This document shows, in pieces, positions 20,101-32,100 of a stretch of DNA of 33,788 bases. Position 1 is the stretch's first letter. Every line of letters starts with the position of its first letter. The notes beneath the pieces are model-generated. The model was not told the origin of the DNA and did not search any database. It was given only the letters and a program-made list of their open reading frames with translations. Source of the DNA: Nemertoderma westbladi. Its lineage: Eukaryota > Animalia > Xenacoelomorpha. The translations under genes and the position numbers were made by a program. Location of the stretch: the NCBI GenBank assembly GCA_032718475.1, contig JAUCBJ010005661.1, forward strand, positions 1 through 33,788. The letters run 5' to 3'.

Positions 20101-23100
20101 TGTGGTTGTCTGTATTGTTTTACCTTTAAGTGTGGTTGTCTGTATTGTTTTACCTTTAAGTGTGGTTGTCTGTATTGTTTTACCTTTAACTGTGGTTGTC
20201 TGTATTGTTTTACCTTTAACTGTGGTTGTCTGTATTGTTTTACCTTTAAGTGTGGTTGTCTGTATTGTTTTACCTTTAAGTGTGGTTGTCTGTATTGTTT
20301 AAAGTGTGGTTGTCTGTATTGTTTTACCTTTAAGTGTGGTTGTCTGTATTGTTTTACCTTTAAGTGTGGTTGTCTGAATTGTTTTAAGTGTGGTTGTCTG
20401 TATTGTTTTACCTTTAAGTGTGGTTGTCTGTATTGTTTTACCTTTAAGTGTGGTTGTCTGTATTGTTTTAAGTGTGGTTGTCTGTATTGTTTTACCTTTA
20501 AGTGTGGTTGTCTGTATTGTTTTACCTTTAAGTGTGGTTGTCTGTATTGTTTTACCTTTAAGTGTGGTTGTCTGTATTGTTTTACCTTTAAGTGTGGTTG
20601 TCTGTATTGTTTTACCTTTAACTGTGGTTGTCTGTATTGTTTTACCTTTAAGTGTGGTTGTCTGTATTGTTTTACCTTTAACTGTGGTTGTCTGTATTGT
20701 TTTACCTTTAACTGTGGTTGTCTGTATTGTTTTACCTTTAAGTGTGGTTGTCTGTATTGTTTTACCTTTAAGTGTGGTTGTCTGTATTGTTTTAAGTGTG
20801 GTTGTCTGTATTGTTTTACCTTTAAGTGTGGTTGTCTGTATTGTTTTACCTTTAACTGTGGTTGTCTGTATTGTTTTACCTTTAACTGTGGTTGTCTGTA
20901 TTGTTTTACCTTTAAGTGTGGTTGTCTGTATTGTTTTACCTTTAAGTGTGGTTGTCTGTATTGTTTTAAGTGTGGTTGTCTGTATTGTTTTACCTTTAAG
21001 TGTGGTTGTCTGTATTGTTTTACCTTTAAGTGTGGTTGTCTGTATTGTTTTACCTTTAAGTGTGGTTGTCTGTATTGTTTTACCTTTAAGTGTGGTTGTC
21101 TGTATTGTTTTACCTTTAAGTGTGGTTGTCTGTATTGTTTTACCTTTAAGTGTGGTTGTCTGTATTGTTTTACCTTTAAGTGTGGTTGTCTGTATTGTTT
21201 TACCTTTAAGTGTGGTTGTCTGTATTGTTTTACCTTTAAGTGTGGTTGTCTGTATTGTTTTACCTTTAACTGTGGTTGTCTGTATTGTTTTACCTTTAAG
21301 TGTGGTTGTCTGTATTGTTTTACCTTTAAGTGTGGTTGTCTGTATTGTTTTACCTTTAAGTGTGGTTGTCTGTATTGTTTTACCTTTAAGTGTGGTTGTC
21401 TGTATTGTCTTTAAGTGTGGTTGTCTGTATTGTTTTACCTTTAAGTGTGGTTGTCTGTATTGTTTTACCTTTAAGTGTGGTTGTCTGTATTGTTTTACCT
21501 TTAAGTGTGGTTGTCTGTATTGTTTTACCTTTAAGTGTGGTTGTCTGTATTGTTTTACCTTTAACTGTGGTTGTCTGTATTGTTTTACCTTTAAGTGTGG
21601 TTGTCTGTATTGTTTTACCTTTAAGTGTGGTTGTCTGTATTGTTTTACCTTTAAGTGTGGTTGTCTGTATTGTTTTAAGTGTGGTTGTCTGTATTGTTTT
21701 ACCTTTAAGTATGGTTGTCTGTATTGTTTTACCTTTAAGTGTGGTTGTCTGTATTGTTTTACCTTTAAGTGTGGTTGTCTGTATTGTTTTACCTTTAAGT
21801 GTGGTTGTCTGTATTGTTTTAAGTGTGGTTGTCTGTATTGTTTTACCTTTAAGTGTGGTTGTCTGTATTGTTTTACCTTTAAGTGTGGTTGTCTGTATTG
21901 TTTTACCTTTAAGTGTGGTTGTCTGTATTGTTTTACCTTTAAGTGTGGTTGTCTATATTGTTTTACCTTTAAGTGTGGTTGTCTGTATTGTTTTAAGTGT
22001 GGTTGTCTGTATTGTTTTACCTTTAAGTGTGGTTGTCTGTATTGTTTTACCTTTAAGTGTGGTTGTCTGTATTGTTCTTAAGTGTGGTTGTCTGTATTGT
22101 TTTACCTTTAAGTGTGGTTGTCTGTATTGTTTTACCTTTAAGTGTGGTTGTCTGTATTGTTTTACCTTTAAGTGTGGTTGTCTGTATTGTTTTACCTTTA
22201 AGTGTGGTTGTCTGTATTGTTTTACCTTTAAGTGTGGTTGTCTGTATTGTTTTACCTTTAAGTGTGGTTGTCTGTATTGTTTTACCTTTAAGTGTGGTTG
22301 TCTGTATTGTTTTACCTTTAAGTGTGGTTGTCTGTATTGTTTTACCTTTAAGTGTGGTTGTCTGTATTGTTTTACCTTTAAGTGTGGTTGTCTGTATTGT
22401 TTTACCTTTAAGTGTGGTTGTCTGTATTGTTTTACCTTTAAGTGTGGTTGTCTGTATTGTTTTACCTTTAAGTGTGGTTGTCTGTATTGTTTTACCTTTA
22501 AGTGTGGTTGTCTGTATTGTTTTACCTTTAAGTGTGGTTGTCTGTATTGTTTTACCTTTAAGTGTGGTTGTCTGTATTGTTTTACCTTTAAGTGTGGTTG
22601 TCTGTATTGTTTTACCTTTAAGTGTGGTTGTCTGTATTGTTTTACCTTTAAGTGTGGTTGTCTGTATTGTTTTACCTTTAAGTGTGGTTGTCTGTATTGT
22701 TTTACCTTTAAGTGTGGTTGTCTGTATTGTTTTACCTTTAAGTGTGGTTGTCTGTATTGTTCTTAAGTGTGGTTGTCTGTATTGTTTTACCTTTATGTGT
22801 GGTTGTCTGTATTGTTTTACCTTTAAGTGTGGTTGTCTGTATTGTTTTACCTTTAAGTGTGGTTGTCTGTATTGTTTTACCTTTAAGTGTGGTTGTCTGT
22901 ATTGTTTTACCTTTAACTGTGGTTGTCTGTATTGTTTTACCTTTAAGTGTGGTTGTCTGTATTGTTTTACCTTTAAGTGTGGTTGTCTGTATTGTTTTAC
23001 CTTTAAGTGTGGTTGTCTGTATTGTTTTACCTTTAAGTGTGGTTGTCTGTATTGTTTTACCTTTAACTGTGGTTGTCTGTATTGTTTTACCTTTAAGTGT

Positions 23101-26100
23101 GGTTGTCTGTATTGTTTTACCTTTAACTGTGGTTGTCTATATTGTTTTACCTTTAAGTGTGGTTGTCTGTATTGTTTTACCTTTAACTGTGGTTGTCTGT
23201 ATTGTTTTACCTTTAAGTGTGGTTGTCTGTATTGTTTTACCTTTAAGTGTGGTTGTCTGTATTGTTTTACCTTTAAGTGTGGTTGTCTGTATTGTTTTAC
23301 CTTTAAGTGTGGTTGTCTGTATTGTTTTACCTTTAAGTGTGGTTGTCTGTATTGTTTTACCTTTAAGTGTGGTTGTCTGTATTGTTTTACCTTTAAGTGT
23401 GGTTGTCTGTATTGTTTTACCTTTAAGTGTGGTTGTCTGTATTGTTTTACCTTTAAGTGTGGTTGTCTGTATTGTTTTAAGTGTGGTTGTCTGTATTGTT
23501 TTACCTTTAAGTGTGGTTGTCTGTATTGTTTTAAGTGTGGTTGTCTGTATTGTTTTACCTTTAAGTGTGGTTGTCTGTATTGTTTTACCTTTAAGTGTGG
23601 TTGTCTGTATTGTTTTAAGTGTGGTTGTCTGTATTGTTTTACCTTTAAGTGTGGTTGTCTGTATTGTTTTACCTTTAAGTGTGGTTGTCTGTATTGTTTT
23701 AAGTGTGGTTGTCTGTATTGTTTTACCTTTAAGTGTGGTTGTCTGTATTGTTTTAAGTGTGGTTGTCTGTATTGTTTTACCTTTAAGTGTGGTTGTCTGT
23801 ATTGTTTTACCTTTAAGTGTGGTTGTCTGTATTGTTTTAAGTGTGGTTGTCTGTATTGTTTTACCTTTAAGTGTGGTTGTCTGTATTGTTTTACCTTTAA
23901 GTGTGGTTGTCTGTATTGTTTTAAGTGTGGTTGTCTGTATTGTTTTACCTTTAATTGTGGTTGTCTGTATTGTTTTACCTTTAACTGTGGTTGTCTGTAT
24001 TGTTTTACCTTTAAGTGTGGTTGTCTGTATTGTTTTACCTTTAAGTGTGGTTGTCTGTATTGTTTTACCTTTAAGTGTGGTTGTCTGTATTGTTTTACCT
24101 TTAAGTGTGGTTGTCTGTATTGTTTTACCTTTAACTGTGGTTGTCTGTATTGTTTTACCTTTAAGTGTGGTTGTCTGTATTGTTTTACCTTTAACTGTGG
24201 TTGTCTGTATTGTTTTACCTTTAAGTGTGGTTGTCTGTATTGTTTTACCTTTAACTGTGGTTGTCTGTATTGTTTTACCTTTAAGTGTGGTTGTCTGTAT
24301 TGTTTTACCTTTAAGTGTGGTTGTCTGTATTGTTTTACCTTTAAGTGTGGTTGTCTGTATTGTTTTACCTTTAAGTGTGGTTGTCTGTATTGTTTTACCT
24401 TTAAGTGTGGTTGTCTGTATTGTTTTACCTTTAAGTGTGGTTGTCTGTATTGTTTTACCTTTAAGTGTGGTTGTCTGTATTGTTTTACCTTTAAGTGTGG
24501 TTGTCTGTATTGTTTTACCTTTAAGTGTGGTTGTCTGTATTGTTTTACCTTTAAGTGTGGTTGTCTGTATTGTTTTAAGTGTGGTTGTCTGTATTGTTTT
24601 ACCTTTAAGTGTGGTTGTCTGTATTGTTTTAAGTGTGGTTGTCTGTATTGTTTTAAGTGTGGTTGTCTGTATTGTTTTACCTTTAAGTGTGGTTGTCTGT
24701 ATTGTTTCCTTAAGTGTGGTTGTCTGTATTGTTTTACCTTTAAGTGTGGTTGTCTGTATTGTTTTACCTTTAAGTGTGGTTGTCTGTATTGTTTTACCTT
24801 TAAGTGTGGTTGTCTGTATTGTTTTACCTTTAAGTGTGGTTGTCTGTATTGTTTTACCTTTAAGTGTGGTTGTCTGTATTGTTTTACCTTTAAGTGTGGT
24901 TGTCTGTATTGTTTTACCTTTAAGTGTGGTTGTCTGTATTGTTTTACCTTTAAGTGTGGTTGTCTGTATTGTTTTACCTTTAAGTGTGGTTGTCTGTATT
25001 GTTTTACCTTTAAGTGTGGTTGTCTGTATTGTTTTACCTTTAAGTGTGGTTGTCTGTATTGTTTTACCTTTAAGTGTGGTTGTCTGTATTGTTTTACCTT
25101 TAAGTGTGGTTGTCTGTATTGTTTTACCTTTAAGTGTGGTTGTCTGTATTGTTTTACCTTTAAGTGTGGTTGTCTGTATTGTTTTACCTTTAAGTGTGGT
25201 TGTCTGTATTGTTTTACCTTTAAGTGTGGTTGTCTGTATTGTTTTACCTTTAAGTGTGGTTGTCTGTATTGTTTTACCTTTAAGTGTGGTTGTCTGTATT
25301 GTTTTACCTTTAAGTGTGGTTGTCTGTATTGTTTTACCTTTAAGTGTGGTTGTCTGTATTGTTTTACCTTTAAGTGTGGTTGTCTGTATTGTTTTACCTT
25401 TAAGTGTGGTTGTCTGTATTGTTTTACCTTTAAGTGTGGTTGTCTGTATTGTTTTACCTTTAAGTGTGGTTGTCTGTATTGTTTTACCTTTAAGTGTGGT
25501 TGTCTGTATTGTTTTACCTTTAAGTGTGGTTGTCTGTATTGTTTTACCTTTAAGTGTGGTTGTCTGTATTGTTTTACCTTTAAGTGTGGTTGTCTGTATT
25601 GTTTTACCTTTAAGTGTGGTTGTCTGTATTGTTTTACCTTTAAGTGTGGTTGTCTGTATTGTTTTACCTTTAAGTGTGGTTGTCTGTATTGTTTTACCTT
25701 TAAGTGTGGTTGTCTGTATTGTTTTACCTTTAAGTGTGGTTGTCTGTATTGTTTTACCTTTAAGTGTGGTTGTCTGTATTGTTTTACCTTTAAGTGTGGT
25801 TGTCTGTATTGTTTTACCTTTAAGTGTGGTTGTCTGTATTGTTTTACCTTTAAGTGTGGTTGTCTGTATTGTTTTACCTTTAAGTGTGGTTGTCTGTATT
25901 GTTTTACCTTTAAGTGTGGTTGTCTGTATTGTTTTACCTTTAAGTGTGGTTGTCTGTATTGTTTTACCTTTAAGTGTGGTTGTCTGTATTGTTTTACCTT
26001 TAAGTGTGGTTGTCTGTATTGTTTTACCTTTAAGTGTGGTTGTCTGTATTGTTTTACCTTTAAGTGTGGTTGTCTGTATTGTTTTACCTTTAAGTGTGGT

Positions 26101-29100
26101 TGTCTGTATTGTTTTACCTTTAAGTGTGGTTGTCTGTATTGTTTTACCTTTAAGTGTGGTTGTCTGTATTGTTTTACCTTTAAGTGTGGTTGTCTGTATT
26201 GTTTTACCTTTAAGTGTGGTTGTCTGTATTGTTTTACCTTTAAGTGTGGTTGTCTGTATTGTTTTACCTTTAAGTGTGGTTGTCTGTATTGTTTTACCTT
26301 TAAGTGTGGTTGTCTGTATTGTTTTACCTTTAAGTGTGGTTGTCTGTATTGTTTTACCTTTAAGTGTGGTTGTCTGTATTGTTTTACCTTTAAGTGTGGT
26401 TGTCTGTATTGTTTTACCTTTAAGTGTGGTTGTCTGTATTGTTTTACCTTTAAGTGTGGTTGTCTGTATTGTTTTACCTTTAAGTGTGGTTGTCTGTATT
26501 GTTTTACCTTTAAGTGTGGTTGTCTGTATTGTTTTACCTTTAAGTGTGGTTGTCTGTATTGTTTTACCTTTAAGTGTGGTTGTCTGTATTGTTTTACCTT
26601 TAAGTGTGGTTGTCTGTATTGTTTTACCTTTAAGTGTGGTTGTCTGTATTGTTTTACCTTTAAGTGTGGTTGTCTGTATTGTTTTACCTTTAAGTGTGGT
26701 TGTCTGTATTGTTTTACCTTTAAGTGTGGTTGTCTGTATTGTTTTACCTTTAAGTGTGGTTGTCTGTATTGTTTTACCTTTAAGTGTGGTTGTCTGTATT
26801 GTTTTACCTTTAAGTGTGGTTGTCTGTATTGTTTTACCTTTAAGTGTGGTTGTCTGTATTGTTTTACCTTTAAGTGTGGTTGTCTGTATTGTTTTACCTT
26901 TAAGTGTGGTTGTCTGTATTGTTTTACCTTTAAGTGTGGTTGTCTGTATTGTTTTACCTTTAAGTGTGGTTGTCTGTATTGTTTTACCTTTAAGTGTGGT
27001 TGTCTGTATTGTTTTACCTTTAAGTGTGGTTGTCTGTATTGTTTTACCTTTAAGTGTGGTTGTCTGTATTGTTTTACCTTTAAGTGTGGTTGTCTGTATT
27101 GTTTTACCTTTAAGTGTGGTTGTCTGTATTGTTTTACCTTTAAGTGTGGTTGTCTGTATTGTTTTACCTTTAAGTGTGGTTGTCTGTATTGTTTTACCTT
27201 TAAGTGTGGTTGTCTGTATTGTTTTACCTTTAAGTGTGGTTGTCTGTATTGTTTTACCTTTAAGTGTGGTTGTCTGTATTGTTTTACCTTTAAGTGTGGT
27301 TGTCTGTATTGTTTTACCTTTAAGTGTGGTTGTCTGTATTGTTTTACCTTTAAGTGTGGTTGTCTGTATTGTTTTACCTTTAAGTGTGGTTGTCTGTATT
27401 GTTTTACCTTTAAGTGTGGTTGTCTGTATTGTTTTACCTTTAAGTGTGGTTGTCTGTATTGTTTTACCTTTAAGTGTGGTTGTCTGTATTGTTTTACCTT
27501 TAAGTGTGGTTGTCTGTATTGTTTTACCTTTAAGTGTGGTTGTCTGTATTGTTTTACCTTTAAGTGTGGTTGTCTGTATTGTTTTACCTTTAAGTGTGGT
27601 TGTCTGTATTGTTTTACCTTTAAGTGTGGTTGTCTGTATTGTTTTACCTTTAAGTGTGGTTGTCTGTATTGTTTTACCTTTAAGTGTGGTTGTCTGTATT
27701 GTTTTACCTTTAAGTGTGGTTGTCTGTATTGTTTTACCTTTAAGTGTGGTTGTCTGTATTGTTTTACCTTTAAGTGTGGTTGTCTGTATTGTTTTACCTT
27801 TAAGTGTGGTTGTCTGTATTGTTTTACCTTTAAGTGTGGTTGTCTGTATTGTTTTACCTTTAAGTGTGGTTGTCTGTATTGTTTTACCTTTAAGTGTGGT
27901 TGTCTGTATTGTTTTACCTTTAAGTGTGGTTGTCTGTATTGTTTTACCTTTAAGTGTGGTTGTCTGTATTGTTTTACCTTTAAGTGTGGTTGTCTGTATT
28001 GTTTTACCTTTAAGTGTGGTTGTCTGTATTGTTTTACCTTTAAGTGTGGTTGTCTGTATTGTTTTACCTTTAAGTGTGGTTGTCTGTATTGTTTTACCTT
28101 TAAGTGTGGTTGTCTGTATTGTTTTACCTTTAAGTGTGGTTGTCTGTATTGTTTTACCTTTAAGTGTGGTTGTCTGTATTGTTTTACCTTTAAGTGTGGT
28201 TGTCTGTATTGTTTTACCTTTAAGTGTGGTTGTCTGTATTGTTTTACCTTTAAGTGTGGTTGTCTGTATTGTTTTACCTTTAAGTGTGGTTGTCTGTATT
28301 GTTTTACCTTTAAGTGTGGTTGTCTGTATTGTTTTACCTTTAAGTGTGGTTGTCTGTATTGTTTTACCTTTAAGTGTGGTTGTCTGTATTGTTTTACCTT
28401 TAAGTGTGGTTGTCTGTATTGTTTTACCTTTAAGTGTGGTTGTCTGTATTGTTTTACCTTTAAGTGTGGTTGTCTGTATTGTTTTACCTTTAAGTGTGGT
28501 TGTCTGTATTGTTTTACCTTTAAGTGTGGTTGTCTGTATTGTTTTACCTTTAAGTGTGGTTGTCTGTATTGTTTTACCTTTAAGTGTGGTTGTCTGTATT
28601 GTTTTACCTTTAAGTGTGGTTGTCTGTATTGTTTTACCTTTAAGTGTGGTTGTCTGTATTGTTTTACCTTTAAGTGTGGTTGTCTGTATTGTTTTACCTT
28701 TAAGTGTGGTTGTCTGTATTGTTTTACCTTTAAGTGTGGTTGTCTGTATTGTTTTACCTTTAAGTGTGGTTGTCTGTATTGTTTTACCTTTAAGTGTGGT
28801 TGTCTGTATTGTTTTACCTTTAAGTGTGGTTGTCTGTATTGTTTTACCTTTAAGTGTGGTTGTCTGTATTGTTTTACCTTTAAGTGTGGTTGTCTGTATT
28901 GTTTTACCTTTAAGTGTGGTTGTCTGTATTGTTTTACCTTTAAGTGTGGTTGTCTGTATTGTTTTACCTTTAAGTGTGGTTGTCTGTATTGTTTTACCTT
29001 TAAGTGTGGTTGTCTGTATTGTTTTACCTTTAAGTGTGGTTGTCTGTATTGTTTTACCTTTAAGTGTGGTTGTCTGTATTGTTTTACCTTTAAGTGTGGT

Positions 29101-32100
29101 TGTCTGTATTGTTTTACCTTTAAGTGTGGTTGTCTGTATTGTTTTACCTTTAAGTGTGGTTGTCTGTATTGTTTTACCTTTAAGTGTGGTTGTCTGTATT
29201 GTTTTACCTTTAAGTGTGGTTGTCTGTATTGTTTTACCTTTAAGTGTGGTTGTCTGTATTGTTTTACCTTTAAGTGTGGTTGTCTGTATTGTTTTACCTT
29301 TAAGTGTGGTTGTCTGTATTGTTTTACCTTTAAGTGTGGTTGTCTGTATTGTTTTACCTTTAAGTGTGGTTGTCTGTATTGTTTTACCTTTAAGTGTGGT
29401 TGTCTGTATTGTTTTACCTTTAAGTGTGGTTGTCTGTATTGTTTTACCTTTAAGTGTGGTTGTCTGTATTGTTTTACCTTTAAGTGTGGTTGTCTGTATT
29501 GTTTTACCTTTAAGTGTGGTTGTCTGTATTGTTTTACCTTTAAGTGTGGTTGTCTGTATTGTTTTACCTTTAAGTGTGGTTGTCTGTATTGTTTTACCTT
29601 TAAGTGTGGTTGTCTGTATTGTTTTACCTTTAAGTGTGGTTGTCTGTATTGTTTTACCTTTAAGTGTGGTTGTCTGTATTGTTTTACCTTTAAGTGTGGT
29701 TGTCTGTATTGTTTTACCTTTAAGTGTGGTTGTCTGTATTGTTTTACCTTTAAGTGTGGTTGTCTGTATTGTTTTACCTTTAAGTGTGGTTGTCTGTATT
29801 GTTTTACCTTTAAGTGTGGTTGTCTGTATTGTTTTACCTTTAAGTGTGGTTGTCTGTATTGTTTTACCTTTAAGTGTGGTTGTCTGTATTGTTTTACCTT
29901 TAAGTGTGGTTGTCTGTATTGTTTTACCTTTAAGTGTGGTTGTCTGTATTGTTTTACCTTTAAGTGTGGTTGTCTGTATTGTTTTACCTTTAAGTGTGGT
30001 TGTCTGTATTGTTTTACCTTTAAGTGTGGTTGTCTGTATTGTTTTACCTTTAAGTGTGGTTGTCTGTATTGTTTTACCTTTAAGTGTGGTTGTCTGTATT
30101 GTTTTACCTTTAAGTGTGGTTGTCTGTATTGTTTTACCTTTAAGTGTGGTTGTCTGTATTGTTTTACCTTTAAGTGTGGTTGTCTGTATTGTTTTACCTT
30201 TAAGTGTGGTTGTCTGTATTGTTTTACCTTTAAGTGTGGTTGTCTGTATTGTTTTACCTTTAAGTGTGGTTGTCTGTATTGTTTTACCTTTAAGTGTGGT
30301 TGTCTGTATTGTTTTACCTTTAAGTGTGGTTGTCTGTATTGTTTTACCTTTAAGTGTGGTTGTCTGTATTGTTTTACCTTTAAGTGTGGTTGTCTGTATT
30401 GTTTTACCTTTAAGTGTGGTTGTCTGTATTGTTTTACCTTTAAGTGTGGTTGTCTGTATTGTTTTACCTTTAAGTGTGGTTGTCTGTATTGTTTTACCTT
30501 TAAGTGTGGTTGTCTGTATTGTTTTACCTTTAAGTGTGGTTGTCTGTATTGTTTTACCTTTAAGTGTGGTTGTCTGTATTGTTTTACCTTTAAGTGTGGT
30601 TGTCTGTATTGTTTTACCTTTAAGTGTGGTTGTCTGTATTGTTTTACCTTTAAGTGTGGTTGTCTGTATTGTTTTACCTTTAAGTGTGGTTGTCTGTATT
30701 GTTTTACCTTTAAGTGTGGTTGTCTGTATTGTTTTACCTTTAAGTGTGGTTGTCTGTATTGTTTTACCTTTAAGTGTGGTTGTCTGTATTGTTTTACCTT
30801 TAAGTGTGGTTGTCTGTATTGTTTTACCTTTAAGTGTGGTTGTCTGTATTGTTTTACCTTTAAGTGTGGTTGTCTGTATTGTTTTACCTTTAAGTGTGGT
30901 TGTCTGTATTGTTTTACCTTTAAGTGTGGTTGTCTGTATTGTTTTACCTTTAAGTGTGGTTGTCTGTATTGTTTTACCTTTAAGTGTGGTTGTCTGTATT
31001 GTTTTACCTTTAAGTGTGGTTGTCTGTATTGTTTTACCTTTAAGTGTGGTTGTCTGTATTGTTTTACCTTTAAGTGTGGTTGTCTGTATTGTTTTACCTT
31101 TAAGTGTGGTTGTCTGTATTGTTTTACCTTTAAGTGTGGTTGTCTGTATTGTTTACTTAAGTGTGGTTGTCTGTATTGTTTTACCTTTAAGTGTGGTTGT
31201 CTGTATTGTTTTACCTTTAAGTGTGGTTGTCTGTATTGTTTTACCTTTAAGTGTGGTTGTCTGTATTGTTTTACCTTTAAGTGTGGTTGTCTGTATTGTT
31301 TTACCTTTAAGTGTGGTTGTCTGTATTGTTTTACCTTTAAGTGTGGTTGTCTGTATTGTTTTACCTTTAAGTGTGGTTGTCTGTATTGTTTTACCTTTAA
31401 GTGTGGTTGTCTGTATTGTTTTACCTTTAAGTGTGGTTGTCTGTATTGTTTTACCTTTAAGTGTGGTTGTCTGTATTGTTTTACCTTTAAGTGTGGTTGT
31501 CTGTATTGTTTTACCTTTAAGTGTGGTTGTCTGTATTGTTTTACCTTTAAGTGTGGTTGTCTGTATTGTTTTACCTTTAAGTGTGGTTGTCTGTATTGTT
31601 TTACCTTTAAGTGTGGTTGTCTGTATTGTTTTACCTTTAAGTGTGGTTGTCTGTATTGTTTTACCTTTAAGTGTGGTTGTCTGTATTGTTTTACCTTTAA
31701 GTGTGGTTGTCTGTATTGTTTTACCTTTAAGTGTGGTTGTCTGTATTGTTTTACCTTTAAGTGTGGTTGTCTGTATTGTTTTACCTTTAAGTGTGGTTGT
31801 CTGTATTGTTTTACCTTTAAGTGTGGTTGTCTGTATTGTTTTACCTTTAAGTGTGGTTGTCTGTATTGTTTTACCTTTAAGTGTGGTTGTCTGTATTGTT
31901 TTACCTTTAAGTGTGGTTGTCTGTATTGTTTTACCTTTAAGTGTGGTTGTCTGTATTGTTTTACCTTTAAGTGTGGTTGTCTGTATTGTTTTACCTTTAA
32001 GTGTGGTTGTCTGTATTGTTTTACCTTTAAGTGTGGTTGTCTGTATTGTTTTACCTTTAAGTGTGGTTGTCTGTATTGTTTTACCTTTAAGTGTGGTTGT

